This document shows, piece after piece, positions 1-8,516 of a stretch of 64,000 bases of DNA. The DNA comes from Minisyncoccota bacterium (GTDB lineage Bacteria > Patescibacteriota > Minisyncoccia > Phycocordibacterales > UBA5272), in NCBI GenBank assembly GCA_041666645.1, contig JBAYGN010000001.1, positions 110,276 through 174,275 on the forward strand. Reading direction: 5' to 3'. Under the pieces are notes generated by a model. That model had not been told where the DNA came from. It saw nothing but the letters and a program-made list of their open reading frames with translations, and did no database searches. Positions within the stretch are counted from its first letter, which is position 1, and each line of letters starts with the position of its first letter. The translations under genes and the position numbers were made by a program.

Positions 1-783
1 TTCTGGGTCAAATTTACCAAGTTCTTCACGTATGGTTGTATAAACTTTAGCAACATCTTCATTCTCAGAAGATACCAAATGAACCAATACACGTGTACGA
101 GTTATGTGACGCAAGAATTTATGACCAAGACCTTTACCTTCACTTGCTCCTTCAATAAGCCCAGGAATATCTGCAAGGACGTATCCAAAATATGCTCCTA
201 AGTTTGGTTCTAGTGTTGTAAATGGGTAGTCTCCAATCTTTGCTCCAGCGCGAGTGAGTGCGTTTAGAAGTGATGACTTGCCGGCATTCGGAAGACCTAT
301 TAAACCAACATCAGCGATCAGCTTAAGCTCAATATCAAATGTTGCAAACTCCCCAGGTTCACCTTTAGTGAATTCTTCTGGTGCACGGTTGGTAGATGAT
401 TTAAAGTTTTCATTTCCTAGTCCACCTTTTCCACCACGAAGAACCAAGAAGTCTCCTTCTTCCATAAACTCATATTTCTTGTCATATTCACGATTGTAAA
501 TTACAGAACCCAATGGAACTTGTAGGTACAAATCTTCTGCACTACTTCCGTGCATACTTCTTTTTTGACCAGCTTCTCCTTCTGGAGCGTCCCATTCTTT
601 TTTGTGTTTATAAACAGATAAAGCTTGGATATCACGAACAACATGGAAATAAACATCTCCACCTTTTCCTCCGTCTCCACCAGCAGGTCCTCCAAAAGGA
701 ATACCTTTTTCACGGCGCCAACGAACAACTCCGTCGCCTCCTTTGCCGGCTTTTACTTGTAGTGTTACGTGATCGATTAACAT
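1..783 (-). CDS. obg: GTPase Obg/CgtA (partial; C-terminal part lies beyond the window start)
   Basis: My own translation from ATG 783-781; it is absent from the ORF track because there is no stop in the window. MLIDHVTLQVKAGKGGDGVVRWRREKGIPFGGPAGGDGGKGGDVY is a Gly-rich Obg N-domain. G1 is GLPNAGKSSLL and G3 is DIPGLIEGA. Confidence 0.9.
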   Translation of the reverse strand, partial: MLIDHVTLQVKAGKGGDGVVRWRREKGIPFGGPAGGDGGKGGDVYFHVVRDIQALSVYKHKKEWDAPEGEAGQKRSMHGSSAEDLYLQVPLGSVIYNREYDKKYEFMEEGDFLVLRGGKGGLGNENFKSSTNRAPEEFTKGEPGEFATFDIELKLIADVGLIGLPNAGKSSLLNALTRAGAKIGDYPFTTLEPNLGAYFGYVLADIPGLIEGASEGKGLGHKFLRHITRTRVLVHLVSSENEDVAKVYTTIREELGKFDPE

Positions 784-789
784 ATTCGT

Positions 790-795
790 ATAATA
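790..795 (-). promoter_or_regulatory. -10-like box TATTAT placed 6 nt upstream of the obg ATG (leaderless-type promoter)
   Basis: The minus strand reads GG TATTAT ACGAAT ATG. No Shine-Dalgarno sequence is visible. Confidence 0.4.
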
Positions 796-840
796 CCACA
801 TTTCTCTTTATTTTGCAAGGGTTTTAAAGAGTTTAAAATA

Positions 841-873
841 ATAAAGAGCGATGCACTAGGCATCGCTCTTTAT
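841..873 (-). terminator. Intrinsic terminator hairpin downstream of rpoD
   Basis: ATAAAGAGCGATGC / GCATCGCTCTTTAT form a 14-bp stem flanked by A/T runs on both sides, 16 nt after the rpoD stop. Confidence 0.7.
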
Positions 874-888
874 TATTTATTAAAACTT

Positions 889-2259
889 TTAGTAGTTTCT
901 CAACCTCTCAGATTTTTCATGTCCTCTTATTTTTTCGTGCACTTTGGCTTCAATCTGACGAATACGTTCACGAGTAACACCAAACTCTGCTCCCACTTCT
1001 TCAAGTGTATGCATTACTCCATCGTACTCACCTAAACCATTTCGCATTTCAACAATCTTTCTTTCTTTTGGAGAAAGGTCGTCGAGAATCTCGTTGATTT
1101 GGTCAGCGAGTATTCTATGTGAAGCCTCAGCATCTGGTGAAAGAATTTTATCATCTGCAATAAACTCACCAAGTGTTGATTTGTCATCATCATCTCCGAT
1201 TGGTTTTTCAAGTGATACTGTGTCTTGGTTAATATTTTCAATGATGTGAATTTTTTCAACATCGACACCCATTTCAACAGCAATTTCTTCTGCTAGTGGG
1301 TCACGTCCCAAATCTTGTGACAAGCGACGCACAACTTGCTTGTACTTTGCGATTGTTTCTACCATGTGAACAGGAATACGAATTGTACGTGATTGATCAG
1401 CAAGCGCGCGAGTGATAGCCTGACGAATCCACCAAGTTGCATAAGTTGAAAACTTATATCCCTTATTCCAATCAAACTTCTCAACAGCCTTAAATAGTCC
1501 AATGTTTCCTTCTTGAATCAAATCCAAAAGCGTTAAGTCAGATGAACGACCAACATATTTCTTTGCAATAGAAACCACAAGTCTGAGGTTCGCTTTTGCT
1601 AAAAGTGTTCCTGCTTCTTGGTCTCCCTTTTCAATACGTTGAGCTAGTTCACGTTCATTATCCCCCGAAATAAGTGGATACTGTCCAATCTCACGCAAGT
1701 ACATTTGAATACTGTCATGAGTACTGTCACGACCTTCTAATCTTGCAAGATCATCATCCATATCAAGAAGATTTCCACCCTCAAGAACATCGATTCCTGC
1801 AGCGGACATTTTTTCATACAGCTCTTCAAGATATAAAATATCTGTTTCTATCGTTGGGAAATATCTGATAATTTCATCATATGTGATGAAACCGCGTTCC
1901 TTTCCTTTCGTAAGAAGCTCTAATTCATTTCCCTCTCGAGTTGTTACTTTCTTTGGCTTCTCGGCAACTTTTGGTTTTGATGGACCAGTCTTGATAGTAA
2001 ATGCCTTTGGTTTATATTTTGCTTTTACTTCTGCTTTTGGTGCAACTTTTTTTGTAGCCGTTTTTTTAACTGTAGCAACTTTCTTAGTTGCTTTAACAGG
2101 TTTTTTAGATATGACTTTCTTCGCTTGTTTCTTTACAGATGTCTTTTTGACAGGTGCCTTTGCTTTGACAACCTTTTTAGCTTTCGCATTTTTGGCTACG
2201 GTTTTAGTCGTAGTTTTTTTCTGTACACTTTTCTTTTGTGAAGATACTTTTTTCGCCAT
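889..2259 (-). CDS. rpoD: Primary RNA polymerase sigma factor (sigma-70 family) with a Lys-rich N-terminal extension
   Basis: 456 aa. Sigma-70 motifs present: YLREIG, DLIQEGNIGLFKAVEKFD, TYATWWIRQAITRA, IRIPVH, TLEEVGAEFGVTRERIRQIE. The first ~110 aa are K/A/V/T-rich. Confidence 0.95.
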   Translation of the reverse strand: MAKKVSSQKKSVQKKTTTKTVAKNAKAKKVVKAKAPVKKTSVKKQAKKVISKKPVKATKKVATVKKTATKKVAPKAEVKAKYKPKAFTIKTGPSKPKVAEKPKKVTTREGNELELLTKGKERGFITYDEIIRYFPTIETDILYLEELYEKMSAAGIDVLEGGNLLDMDDDLARLEGRDSTHDSIQMYLREIGQYPLISGDNERELAQRIEKGDQEAGTLLAKANLRLVVSIAKKYVGRSSDLTLLDLIQEGNIGLFKAVEKFDWNKGYKFSTYATWWIRQAITRALADQSRTIRIPVHMVETIAKYKQVVRRLSQDLGRDPLAEEIAVEMGVDVEKIHIIENINQDTVSLEKPIGDDDDKSTLGEFIADDKILSPDAEASHRILADQINEILDDLSPKERKIVEMRNGLGEYDGVMHTLEEVGAEFGVTRERIRQIEAKVHEKIRGHEKSERLRNY

Positions 2260-2346
2260 ATGACGTGTATCGATTACTCTATCACATTTTATCCACTTTG
2301 TGTAGTGCAGATTATGTGCTAGTTGTGGAAAGCGGTGAGTTTATAT

Positions 2347-3978
2347 TTAATAACCGCTCTTTGCGTGTTCATAAATCTCTTTCAAAACAGCTTCTTGGTC
2401 TTCACCTTCTTCGCGTAATTTTGACTGTAAATCTGTAAGCTTTTCTTTATGTTCTACTTTTTTATAAGTCTTAATTAAATCATAAAAATACGATTCTTTA
2501 TCCCCTGTTACTTTTTCTTCAAGTTTGAACATTTCTTCCTGAATAATCGCTTCTGGGAATTGAGTAACATCAAGTGAAAGTGTTAGAAAATTTTCGTCGG
2601 TCAATTTACCAGTTAGTGTAGCGTAAGCAATAAGTTCGCGGGTAAGACGTTCCTTACTTGGGAGTGTTGCGATTACTTCTTGAATAATTTCTGGTTGTGC
2701 AATTACTCCACGAGAAAGTTCTTCAGTTAATGTCGCTTCTGGTATATGAGCTTTTCCTGAAATAACTTTTATAAAATGTGCGCGGTCAATTGGGGACTGT
2801 ATCGCGCGAAGAAATGGTAACACTTCAGACACAATTCTCTGCCCTTGTTTTCTGTCATCTTTTTCAGCTTCCATAATATGTGCAAGCATGACCTCTACCA
2901 CATGTCTTTTTTTCTCAACTGCTTCTAGCCACGCTTTAGGATTTTCTCTAATTAAATCTGCTGGATCCTTCATTCCAATGTCACCAACTACATATACATC
3001 AAGACCTCCGAGTAAACAAAGTAGTGCGGTTTTTTTGAGAGCGTTTTGTCCTGCGGTGTCTGTATCAAAAGAAAGAATTGCAGTGTCACAAAATCGTTTT
3101 ATCAAATGAATGTGTTCATCTGTAAAAGCAGTTCCAGATACAGCGACAGTATTATGGATTCCAGCTTGATAACTCATACACAAGTCCATTTGACCTTCTA
3201 CAACTACAACATTTTTTACTTCTGACATTTTCTTTTTTGCGGTATCGTAGCCAAATAAAATTTTAGACTTATGGTATAGCACCGTCTCTGGAGTATTTAC
3301 ATATTTACCTTGAGCAACTGAAGGGTCGACAAGTGACGGCAGTATTCGCCCAGAATATCCAACGGTTGCTCCAGAAACATTTCGTATAGGAAACATTATT
3401 CGTCCGCGAAAACGGTCATACCAACCTTTAAGGTTTCCGTTTTCATCTTGAGCTTTTATCATCAATCCCGCTTGTTCCATTTCTTCTGGTTGATAACCAC
3501 GTGATGCAAGATAAATAAATAAATCACGCCATTCATTTTTTGCATATCCAATATGAAAAGTTTTTATTGTTTCTTCAGATAATCCACGCTCAATCAAATA
3601 CTGCATTGCCTCAGGACTCTTTTTTAGATTTTGCTCAAAGTGTTCTGTTGCGTCTTTTAGAAGAGTGATGAGACGGGTGTCTTCTTTATTTTTTTGTGAA
3701 TCAGTAAGTTGTATGCCAGCGCGGTCAGCTAAAATTTTCAAAGCTTCGTAGAATGGTATGTTTTCAATTTTTTCTACGAATGTAAAAATGTCTCCGTGAG
3801 CTTGGCAACCAAAACAGTGAAATGATTTTCTTTCTGGTGAAACATAAAAACTTGGTGTGCGCTCATTGTGGAACGGACAGCGTGCGCGAAATTGACTCCC
3901 TGACTTTTCTAGTCGGATATATGTAGAAACCACTTCTGTTATTGAAAGATTTTCTTTTACTTGATCTTTGGGGTTCAT
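2347..3978 (-). CDS. dnaG: DNA primase
   Basis: 543 aa. Zinc finger CPFHNERTPSF...HCFGCQAHGD. TOPRIM motifs VEGQMD and FDTDTAG. Confidence 0.95.
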   Translation of the reverse strand: MNPKDQVKENLSITEVVSTYIRLEKSGSQFRARCPFHNERTPSFYVSPERKSFHCFGCQAHGDIFTFVEKIENIPFYEALKILADRAGIQLTDSQKNKEDTRLITLLKDATEHFEQNLKKSPEAMQYLIERGLSEETIKTFHIGYAKNEWRDLFIYLASRGYQPEEMEQAGLMIKAQDENGNLKGWYDRFRGRIMFPIRNVSGATVGYSGRILPSLVDPSVAQGKYVNTPETVLYHKSKILFGYDTAKKKMSEVKNVVVVEGQMDLCMSYQAGIHNTVAVSGTAFTDEHIHLIKRFCDTAILSFDTDTAGQNALKKTALLCLLGGLDVYVVGDIGMKDPADLIRENPKAWLEAVEKKRHVVEVMLAHIMEAEKDDRKQGQRIVSEVLPFLRAIQSPIDRAHFIKVISGKAHIPEATLTEELSRGVIAQPEIIQEVIATLPSKERLTRELIAYATLTGKLTDENFLTLSLDVTQFPEAIIQEEMFKLEEKVTGDKESYFYDLIKTYKKVEHKEKLTDLQSKLREEGEDQEAVLKEIYEHAKSGY

Positions 3979-3984
3979 GGGTCT

Positions 3985-3990
3985 ATTTTA
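3985..3990 (-). promoter_or_regulatory. -10-like box TAAAAT placed 6 nt upstream of the dnaG ATG (leaderless-type)
   Basis: The minus strand reads GC TAAAAT AGACCC ATG. It lies just downstream of the terminator of the candidate RNA at 4012-4276. Confidence 0.4.
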
Positions 3991-4011
3991 GCATGTTTGC
4001 GAATTTAGAAG

Positions 4012-4276
4012 GAAAATAAAAAACCACTGCTTTTGGGCAATGGTTGTTGACATTAAATGTCTGTGAATATTTTGGGCTGAGCACCCCGCCACGTGAAAAA
4101 TGAGGAAAAACACATGGCGGGGATTTGCTCTACAAAGCCTTGCAAGGCTCTTAGCAGGAAGTATCCTGTGCAAGTGACGTTGGCGCTGGTGAAATTTGCC
4201 AGCATTCACGTTTGTAATTGCACACGCAGTGGCAGGTCGCTCATGCGGCAACGCCAATGGCGTTCAAATGACATCC
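4012..4276 (-). ncRNA. Candidate ~265-nt structured RNA of unknown class
   Basis: A GC-rich island in an AT-rich intergenic region. It starts after a near-consensus promoter. It contains a 12-bp hairpin, CCCCGCCATGTG/CACGTGGCGGGG, with a U-rich CCUC loop, plus several smaller hairpins. It ends in a 9-bp hairpin (4022-4045) followed by TTTTTTATTTT. Confidence 0.55.
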
Positions 4277-4282
4277 ATAGCC

Positions 4283-4310
4283 ATTATATCATGATGAAAC
4301 ATTATGTCAA
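4283..4310 (-). promoter_or_regulatory. Sigma-70-type promoter, TTGACA-16 nt-TATAAT
   Basis: The minus strand reads TTGACA taatgtttcatcatga TATAAT. On the plus strand this is tgtcaa at 4305-4310 and attata at 4283-4288. Confidence 0.6.
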
Positions 4311-4340
4311 GTTGGAATTCGTGAAAGTTTACCGTGTAAA

Positions 4341-4360
4341 AACCTCGCCGTAGCGAGGTT
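4341..4360 (-). terminator. Intrinsic terminator after the small membrane protein gene
   Basis: AACCTCGC/GCGAGGTT hairpin followed by TTTTT on the minus strand. Confidence 0.65.
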
Positions 4361-4375
4361 GATTAGTGGACATAT

Positions 4376-4675
4376 TTAAGACAGCTGGTACGTGCTCTCA
4401 ATCGTGCTGAGTACCCGTGGCACGTTATTGAGAACTAAGGGTCCCTTTTTTATGGAGTACATAATCGCCAACTTGTCCCTGTTGCGAAATAGAAAGCCAG
4501 GTAACTCTTCTTTCGTGAGATTGCGATTCTTCGCCTCTTCATGCACGTAGGAAACAAAATCTTTTTCTTGTTTGGAAAGCCTGAATCTGGTAAACCATAA
4601 ACCGAGGCCAATAAAAAGAAACAGTGTAGCAAGCACGGTAGGACCAATCCAATTCATATCTTTCCCCTCACACAC
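4376..4675 (-). CDS. Hypothetical small membrane protein (one TM helix)
   Basis: 99-aa ORF with a hydrophobic N-terminal segment, WIGPTVLATLFLFIGLGLWF. It has its own terminator. No motif recognised. Confidence 0.5.
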   Translation of the reverse strand: MCEGKDMNWIGPTVLATLFLFIGLGLWFTRFRLSKQEKDFVSYVHEEAKNRNLTKEELPGFLFRNRDKLAIMYSIKKGPLVLNNVPRVLSTIESTYQLS

Positions 4676-4723
4676 TGTGAAAAGTCACAGTTTCTGACAA
4701 CTATTCTACACTAAATCAGAAAT

Positions 4724-4757
4724 AACAAAAGCGCGACCTTCGGTCGCGCTTTTGTTA
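4724..4757 (-). terminator. Intrinsic terminator of the rpoBC transcription unit
   Basis: AACAAAAGCGCGACC ttcg GGTCGCGCTTTTGTT hairpin, with a T-run on the minus strand. Confidence 0.75.
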
Positions 4758-4820
4758 TTTACTAATTTTATCAAACGTTAACTGGCTATAAAAAGTCAGA
4801 ATTTGATTCATATGCGAGGC

Positions 4821-4882
4821 GGAAGAAATTTTTACGACCAAGACGTACGAATAGTACGTTGCGTGGAGGAAAAATTTCTTCC
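4821..4882 (-). other. Nested hairpin element 20 nt downstream of the rpoC stop
   Basis: 13-bp outer arms GGAAGAAATTTTT / AAAAATTTCTTCC enclose an inner hairpin ACGTAC gaata GTACGT. There is no trailing T-run. Confidence 0.4.
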
Positions 4883-4901
4883 AACAAAGCAGATGAACAA
4901 A

Positions 4902-7900
4902 TTATGCCTTTTTACCGCGAAGACCGGTGCCGGCAGGAATAAGACGTCCAATAATAACATTCTCCTTAAGTCCACGTAGTTCATCCATTTGTCCACGAGT
5001 AGACGCTGTAATGAGCACACGAGTAGTGTTTTGGAATGAAGCACTTGAAAGCCATGAGTCAGTAGACAACGCCACATCTGTAATACCAAGTACCAAACTG
5101 CGTCCCTTTGCCTCTGTCCCACCTTCTTCTTTCACACGGTAATTTTCTGCGCGGAAAGTAGAAACTTCAACAACATCACTTTGAGTAAAGTATGAGTCGC
5201 CTGGGTTTGTAATTTTTACACGACCAAACATTTGCTTGATTATAACTTCCACGTGCTTACGTGAGATAGAAGCTCCTTGTAGTTCATAAACTTTGTTTAT
5301 TTCACTAACGATGTATTCCGCAGCGACTTCTTTGCTTGCGTAAGTGAACAACTCTTCGATATCACATGAACCATCCGTAAGCATTTGACCTTTCTTTATT
5401 TGATCACCAACTTTTACAATTGACTGTCGACGGAACGGTACTGTGTATTCAATTTGCTTTCCACTCTTGTTTCCTTTGGCTCCATCGTCATCTGCCAAAA
5501 CAAGAATAATTTTCTCCTTTCCTTCATCACGCATACCAATAACTTCACCTGATTCGTGTGCAATGATAGCAGGATTCTTTGGAGTACGTCTTTCGAAGAT
5601 TTCTTCAACACGAGGAAGACCTTGTGTGATGTCGACTCCAGACACACCTCCAGCGTGGAATGTACGCATAGTAAGCTGTGTTCCTGGTTCACCGATAGCT
5701 TGAGCAGCAACGATACCAACTGCTTCACCTAAGTCCACTTTCTTGTTACGCCCCATATCGAGTCCATAACACTTCTGACAAAGACCATGTAATGACTGAC
5801 ATGCTAGTGGTGAAAATACTGACACTTCTTCTACTCCAGTATTTTCTATTGTAATAGCATCATCTTTTGAAACAAGGTGATTCTTTTTGAAAACAACAGC
5901 ACCATCTACAACAACATCCTCCGCAAGGACTCTTCCGCGAATGTTCTTTGAAATTGGAACTTCAATTCCGAGAGCGTTTTCTTTGCGAACAATTTTACTT
6001 TCTTTTGTTCCACAATCAATTTCGGTAATGATAGCATCCTGTGCCACATCCACTAGACGACGTGTAAGATATCCAGCTTGAGCAGTCTTAAGAGCCGTAT
6101 CTGAGTTACCTTTACGTGCACCGTAAGTTGTAATGAAGTACTCAAGTGGTGTTAGACCTTCCTTGTATGATGAGATAACCGGGAAGTCGATGTTGCGTCC
6201 TGAGTTGTTCACAATAATACCCTTCATACCTGCCATCTGAATAACCTGAGCAATAGAACCTCTGGCACCTGAAGTAATCAAGTCGTACACTGAGCCATTC
6301 TTTTCGATTGAGTCTGGCATAAGCTTTTCAATCTTTAAACGAACACCTTGCCATACTTCAATAGTTTTTTCATAACGCTCTTCTGCTGAAAGGAGACCTT
6401 CCTCATAATCAGCCTCTACACGAGCAGCACTATCCCATCCTTCTTGAACAAGAGTAGGTTTTTCCTTAGGAACCTTAACGGCGTCAATACTCCATGTTGT
6501 ACCGGAGATTGTTGCATATTTGTAACCGAAGGCTTTTATCTTATCGATAACAGCTGGAGCTTTATCAAGACCGTAAGTAAGGATAACTTCATCAACAATA
6601 GCGTTCATTTTCTTTGCAGTTACTTCGTCGTTCATGTAAGCAAAGTCATTTGGGAATACTGAGTTAAATAGTAGGCGTCCAATCGTTGTTTCAAACCTCT
6701 TTCCTTCAAACTTAGAATATTTTTCTTTGTCTGATGGCATAACCCAAATCTTGGCGCGGAATGATACGATACCAAAATCGTAAGCAGTAATAGCTTCATT
6801 AGGTGAGGCAAAGTATTTTCCTTCACCTATTTCTCCTTCAATAACTTTTGTCATCCAGTAGGCTCCAAGAACCATATCCATACGTGGGTTTACAATAGAA
6901 TCTCCAGAACCAGGTTTGAGCAAGTTACGGTTCGCAGCCATGAGTGTGCGAGCTTCTTCTTGAGCAGCAACTGAAAGTGGCAAGTGAACAGCCATCTGGT
7001 CACCGTCGAAGTCGGCGTTAAAGGCCTGACACACTAGAGGGTGAAGCTGAATAGCATTACCTTCAATTAGCTTAGGGTTGAAAGCCTGAATACCAAGTCT
7101 GTGAAGTGTAGGCGCGCGGTTAAGCAACACATACTTTCCTTCAATAACTTCTTCGAGGATTGCCCACACTTCTGGAATACTGTCTTCTATTAATTTATTC
7201 GCACCACGAATGTTAAATGCGAGTTCACGTTCAAGAATTTTTGAAATAATAAATGGTTTGAAAAGTTCAAGAGCCATGTGCTTTGGAAGACCACATTCAT
7301 TTAATGAAAGTGAAGGACCAACCACAATAACAGAACGAGCTGAGTAGTCCACACGCTTACCTAGAAGGTTTCCACGTAGAAGACCTTGTTTACCTTTTAG
7401 GTTATCAGAAAGTGACTTTAGTTGACGCTTCTGTGACTGACTCATAACAGCATCTTGTCCGTGACGAGCTGAGTTATCGATGAGCGCATCAACAGCTTCT
7501 TGAAGAATACGCTTCTCGTTACGCAAAATAACATCTGGAGCACCGATTTCCATCAACTTCTTCAAACGATTGTTACGGTTGATTACACGACGGTATAGGT
7601 CGTTCACATCTGAAGCAGCATAACGCCCACCTTCAAGTGCAACCATAGGACGAATTCCTGGTGGTATGACTGGAATAACAGTCATGAACATCCATTCTGG
7701 GCGAATTCCTGCATTTTGGAATGCACGAATAAGAGAAAGACGCTTTTCTGCTTTCTCACGCTCTAGAGCTCCACACTTTTCAAGTTGCTTAACGATTTGC
7801 CCTTCAATTTCTTTTAGGTCCATCTTCTTGAAGATTTCGTAAAGAGCATCTGCTCCAATACCGGCCTCAAAACATGTTCCATACTTCATCGCGTAACGGT

Positions 7901-8495
7901 GATATGTTAGTTCGTCAAAGATTTTGTTTGGTTTAATTTCTTCAATTTCTTTTTTTGTTGCAGTTAAAAGTTCACGAAGTTTATCTTGTGTCTTTTCATC
8001 ACTAGCTGATTTAACTTTCGCCTTAAATTCAGAATCAAGATTTGATAGAATTTCATCCTTTGCCGCCTGATTAACTGATTTAACAACATAGCCAGCAAAA
8101 TACACAACCTTTTCAACATCACCTACTGGCTGAGCCAATATAAGAGCGATACGTGAAGGAACTGTGCGCAAGAACCAAATGTGAGCAACTGGTGAAGCAA
8201 GTTCAATATGCCCCATACGTTCACGACGAACAATGGACTTTGTTACTTCAACTCCACACTTCTCACAAACGATATCCTTAAAACGAATACGTCGGTATTT
8301 TCCGCAATAACATTCATAATCCTTTTCTGGACCGAATATTCTCTCATCGAAGAGTCCGTAGCGTTCACTGCGTCCTGTACGATAGTTGATTGTCTCTGGC
8401 TTTGTAACCTCACCAAATGACCAAGAACGTACTGCTTCAGGAGAAGCAATTTTGATTCCTAGTCCATCGAAATTATTTGTGTCGATTGTTTTCAT
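4902..8495 (-). CDS. rpoC: DNA-directed RNA polymerase subunit beta'
   Basis: 1197 aa. Catalytic [12 protein letters not shown] motif, N-terminal zinc motif CYCGKY...CEKCGVEV, typical trigger-loop region. Confidence 0.98.
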   Translation of the reverse strand: MKTIDTNNFDGLGIKIASPEAVRSWSFGEVTKPETINYRTGRSERYGLFDERIFGPEKDYECYCGKYRRIRFKDIVCEKCGVEVTKSIVRRERMGHIELASPVAHIWFLRTVPSRIALILAQPVGDVEKVVYFAGYVVKSVNQAAKDEILSNLDSEFKAKVKSASDEKTQDKLRELLTATKKEIEEIKPNKIFDELTYHRYAMKYGTCFEAGIGADALYEIFKKMDLKEIEGQIVKQLEKCGALEREKAEKRLSLIRAFQNAGIRPEWMFMTVIPVIPPGIRPMVALEGGRYAASDVNDLYRRVINRNNRLKKLMEIGAPDVILRNEKRILQEAVDALIDNSARHGQDAVMSQSQKRQLKSLSDNLKGKQGLLRGNLLGKRVDYSARSVIVVGPSLSLNECGLPKHMALELFKPFIISKILERELAFNIRGANKLIEDSIPEVWAILEEVIEGKYVLLNRAPTLHRLGIQAFNPKLIEGNAIQLHPLVCQAFNADFDGDQMAVHLPLSVAAQEEARTLMAANRNLLKPGSGDSIVNPRMDMVLGAYWMTKVIEGEIGEGKYFASPNEAITAYDFGIVSFRAKIWVMPSDKEKYSKFEGKRFETTIGRLLFNSVFPNDFAYMNDEVTAKKMNAIVDEVILTYGLDKAPAVIDKIKAFGYKYATISGTTWSIDAVKVPKEKPTLVQEGWDSAARVEADYEEGLLSAEERYEKTIEVWQGVRLKIEKLMPDSIEKNGSVYDLITSGARGSIAQVIQMAGMKGIIVNNSGRNIDFPVISSYKEGLTPLEYFITTYGARKGNSDTALKTAQAGYLTRRLVDVAQDAIITEIDCGTKESKIVRKENALGIEVPISKNIRGRVLAEDVVVDGAVVFKKNHLVSKDDAITIENTGVEEVSVFSPLACQSLHGLCQKCYGLDMGRNKKVDLGEAVGIVAAQAIGEPGTQLTMRTFHAGGVSGVDITQGLPRVEEIFERRTPKNPAIIAHESGEVIGMRDEGKEKIILVLADDDGAKGNKSGKQIEYTVPFRRQSIVKVGDQIKKGQMLTDGSCDIEELFTYASKEVAAEYIVSEINKVYELQGASISRKHVEVIIKQMFGRVKITNPGDSYFTQSDVVEVSTFRAENYRVKEEGGTEAKGRSLVLGITDVALSTDSWLSSASFQNTTRVLITASTRGQMDELRGLKENVIIGRLIPAGTGLRGKKA

Positions 8496-8516
8496 AGTAG
8501 TTATTTAGTTACGAAA

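Noticed and set aside
4012-4276. Assigning the candidate RNA to RNase P, SRP or tmRNA
   Set aside because: The plus strand has GAGGAAAAACAC, resembling the RNase P P4 5' strand. However, no complementary P4 3' strand (ACAGAA...GGCUUA-like) is present, and the promoter and terminator are on the minus strand. There is no GGAAGCAGC SRP motif and no tRNA-like ends for tmRNA.
3988-4353. Track ORFs 3988-4257 (minus, 89 aa) and 4093-4353 (plus, 86 aa)
   Set aside because: They lie in a GC-rich, hairpin-dense intergenic block bracketed by a promoter and terminator. The translations are Cys/Arg/His-rich with no protein-like pattern. I interpret the region as an RNA gene.
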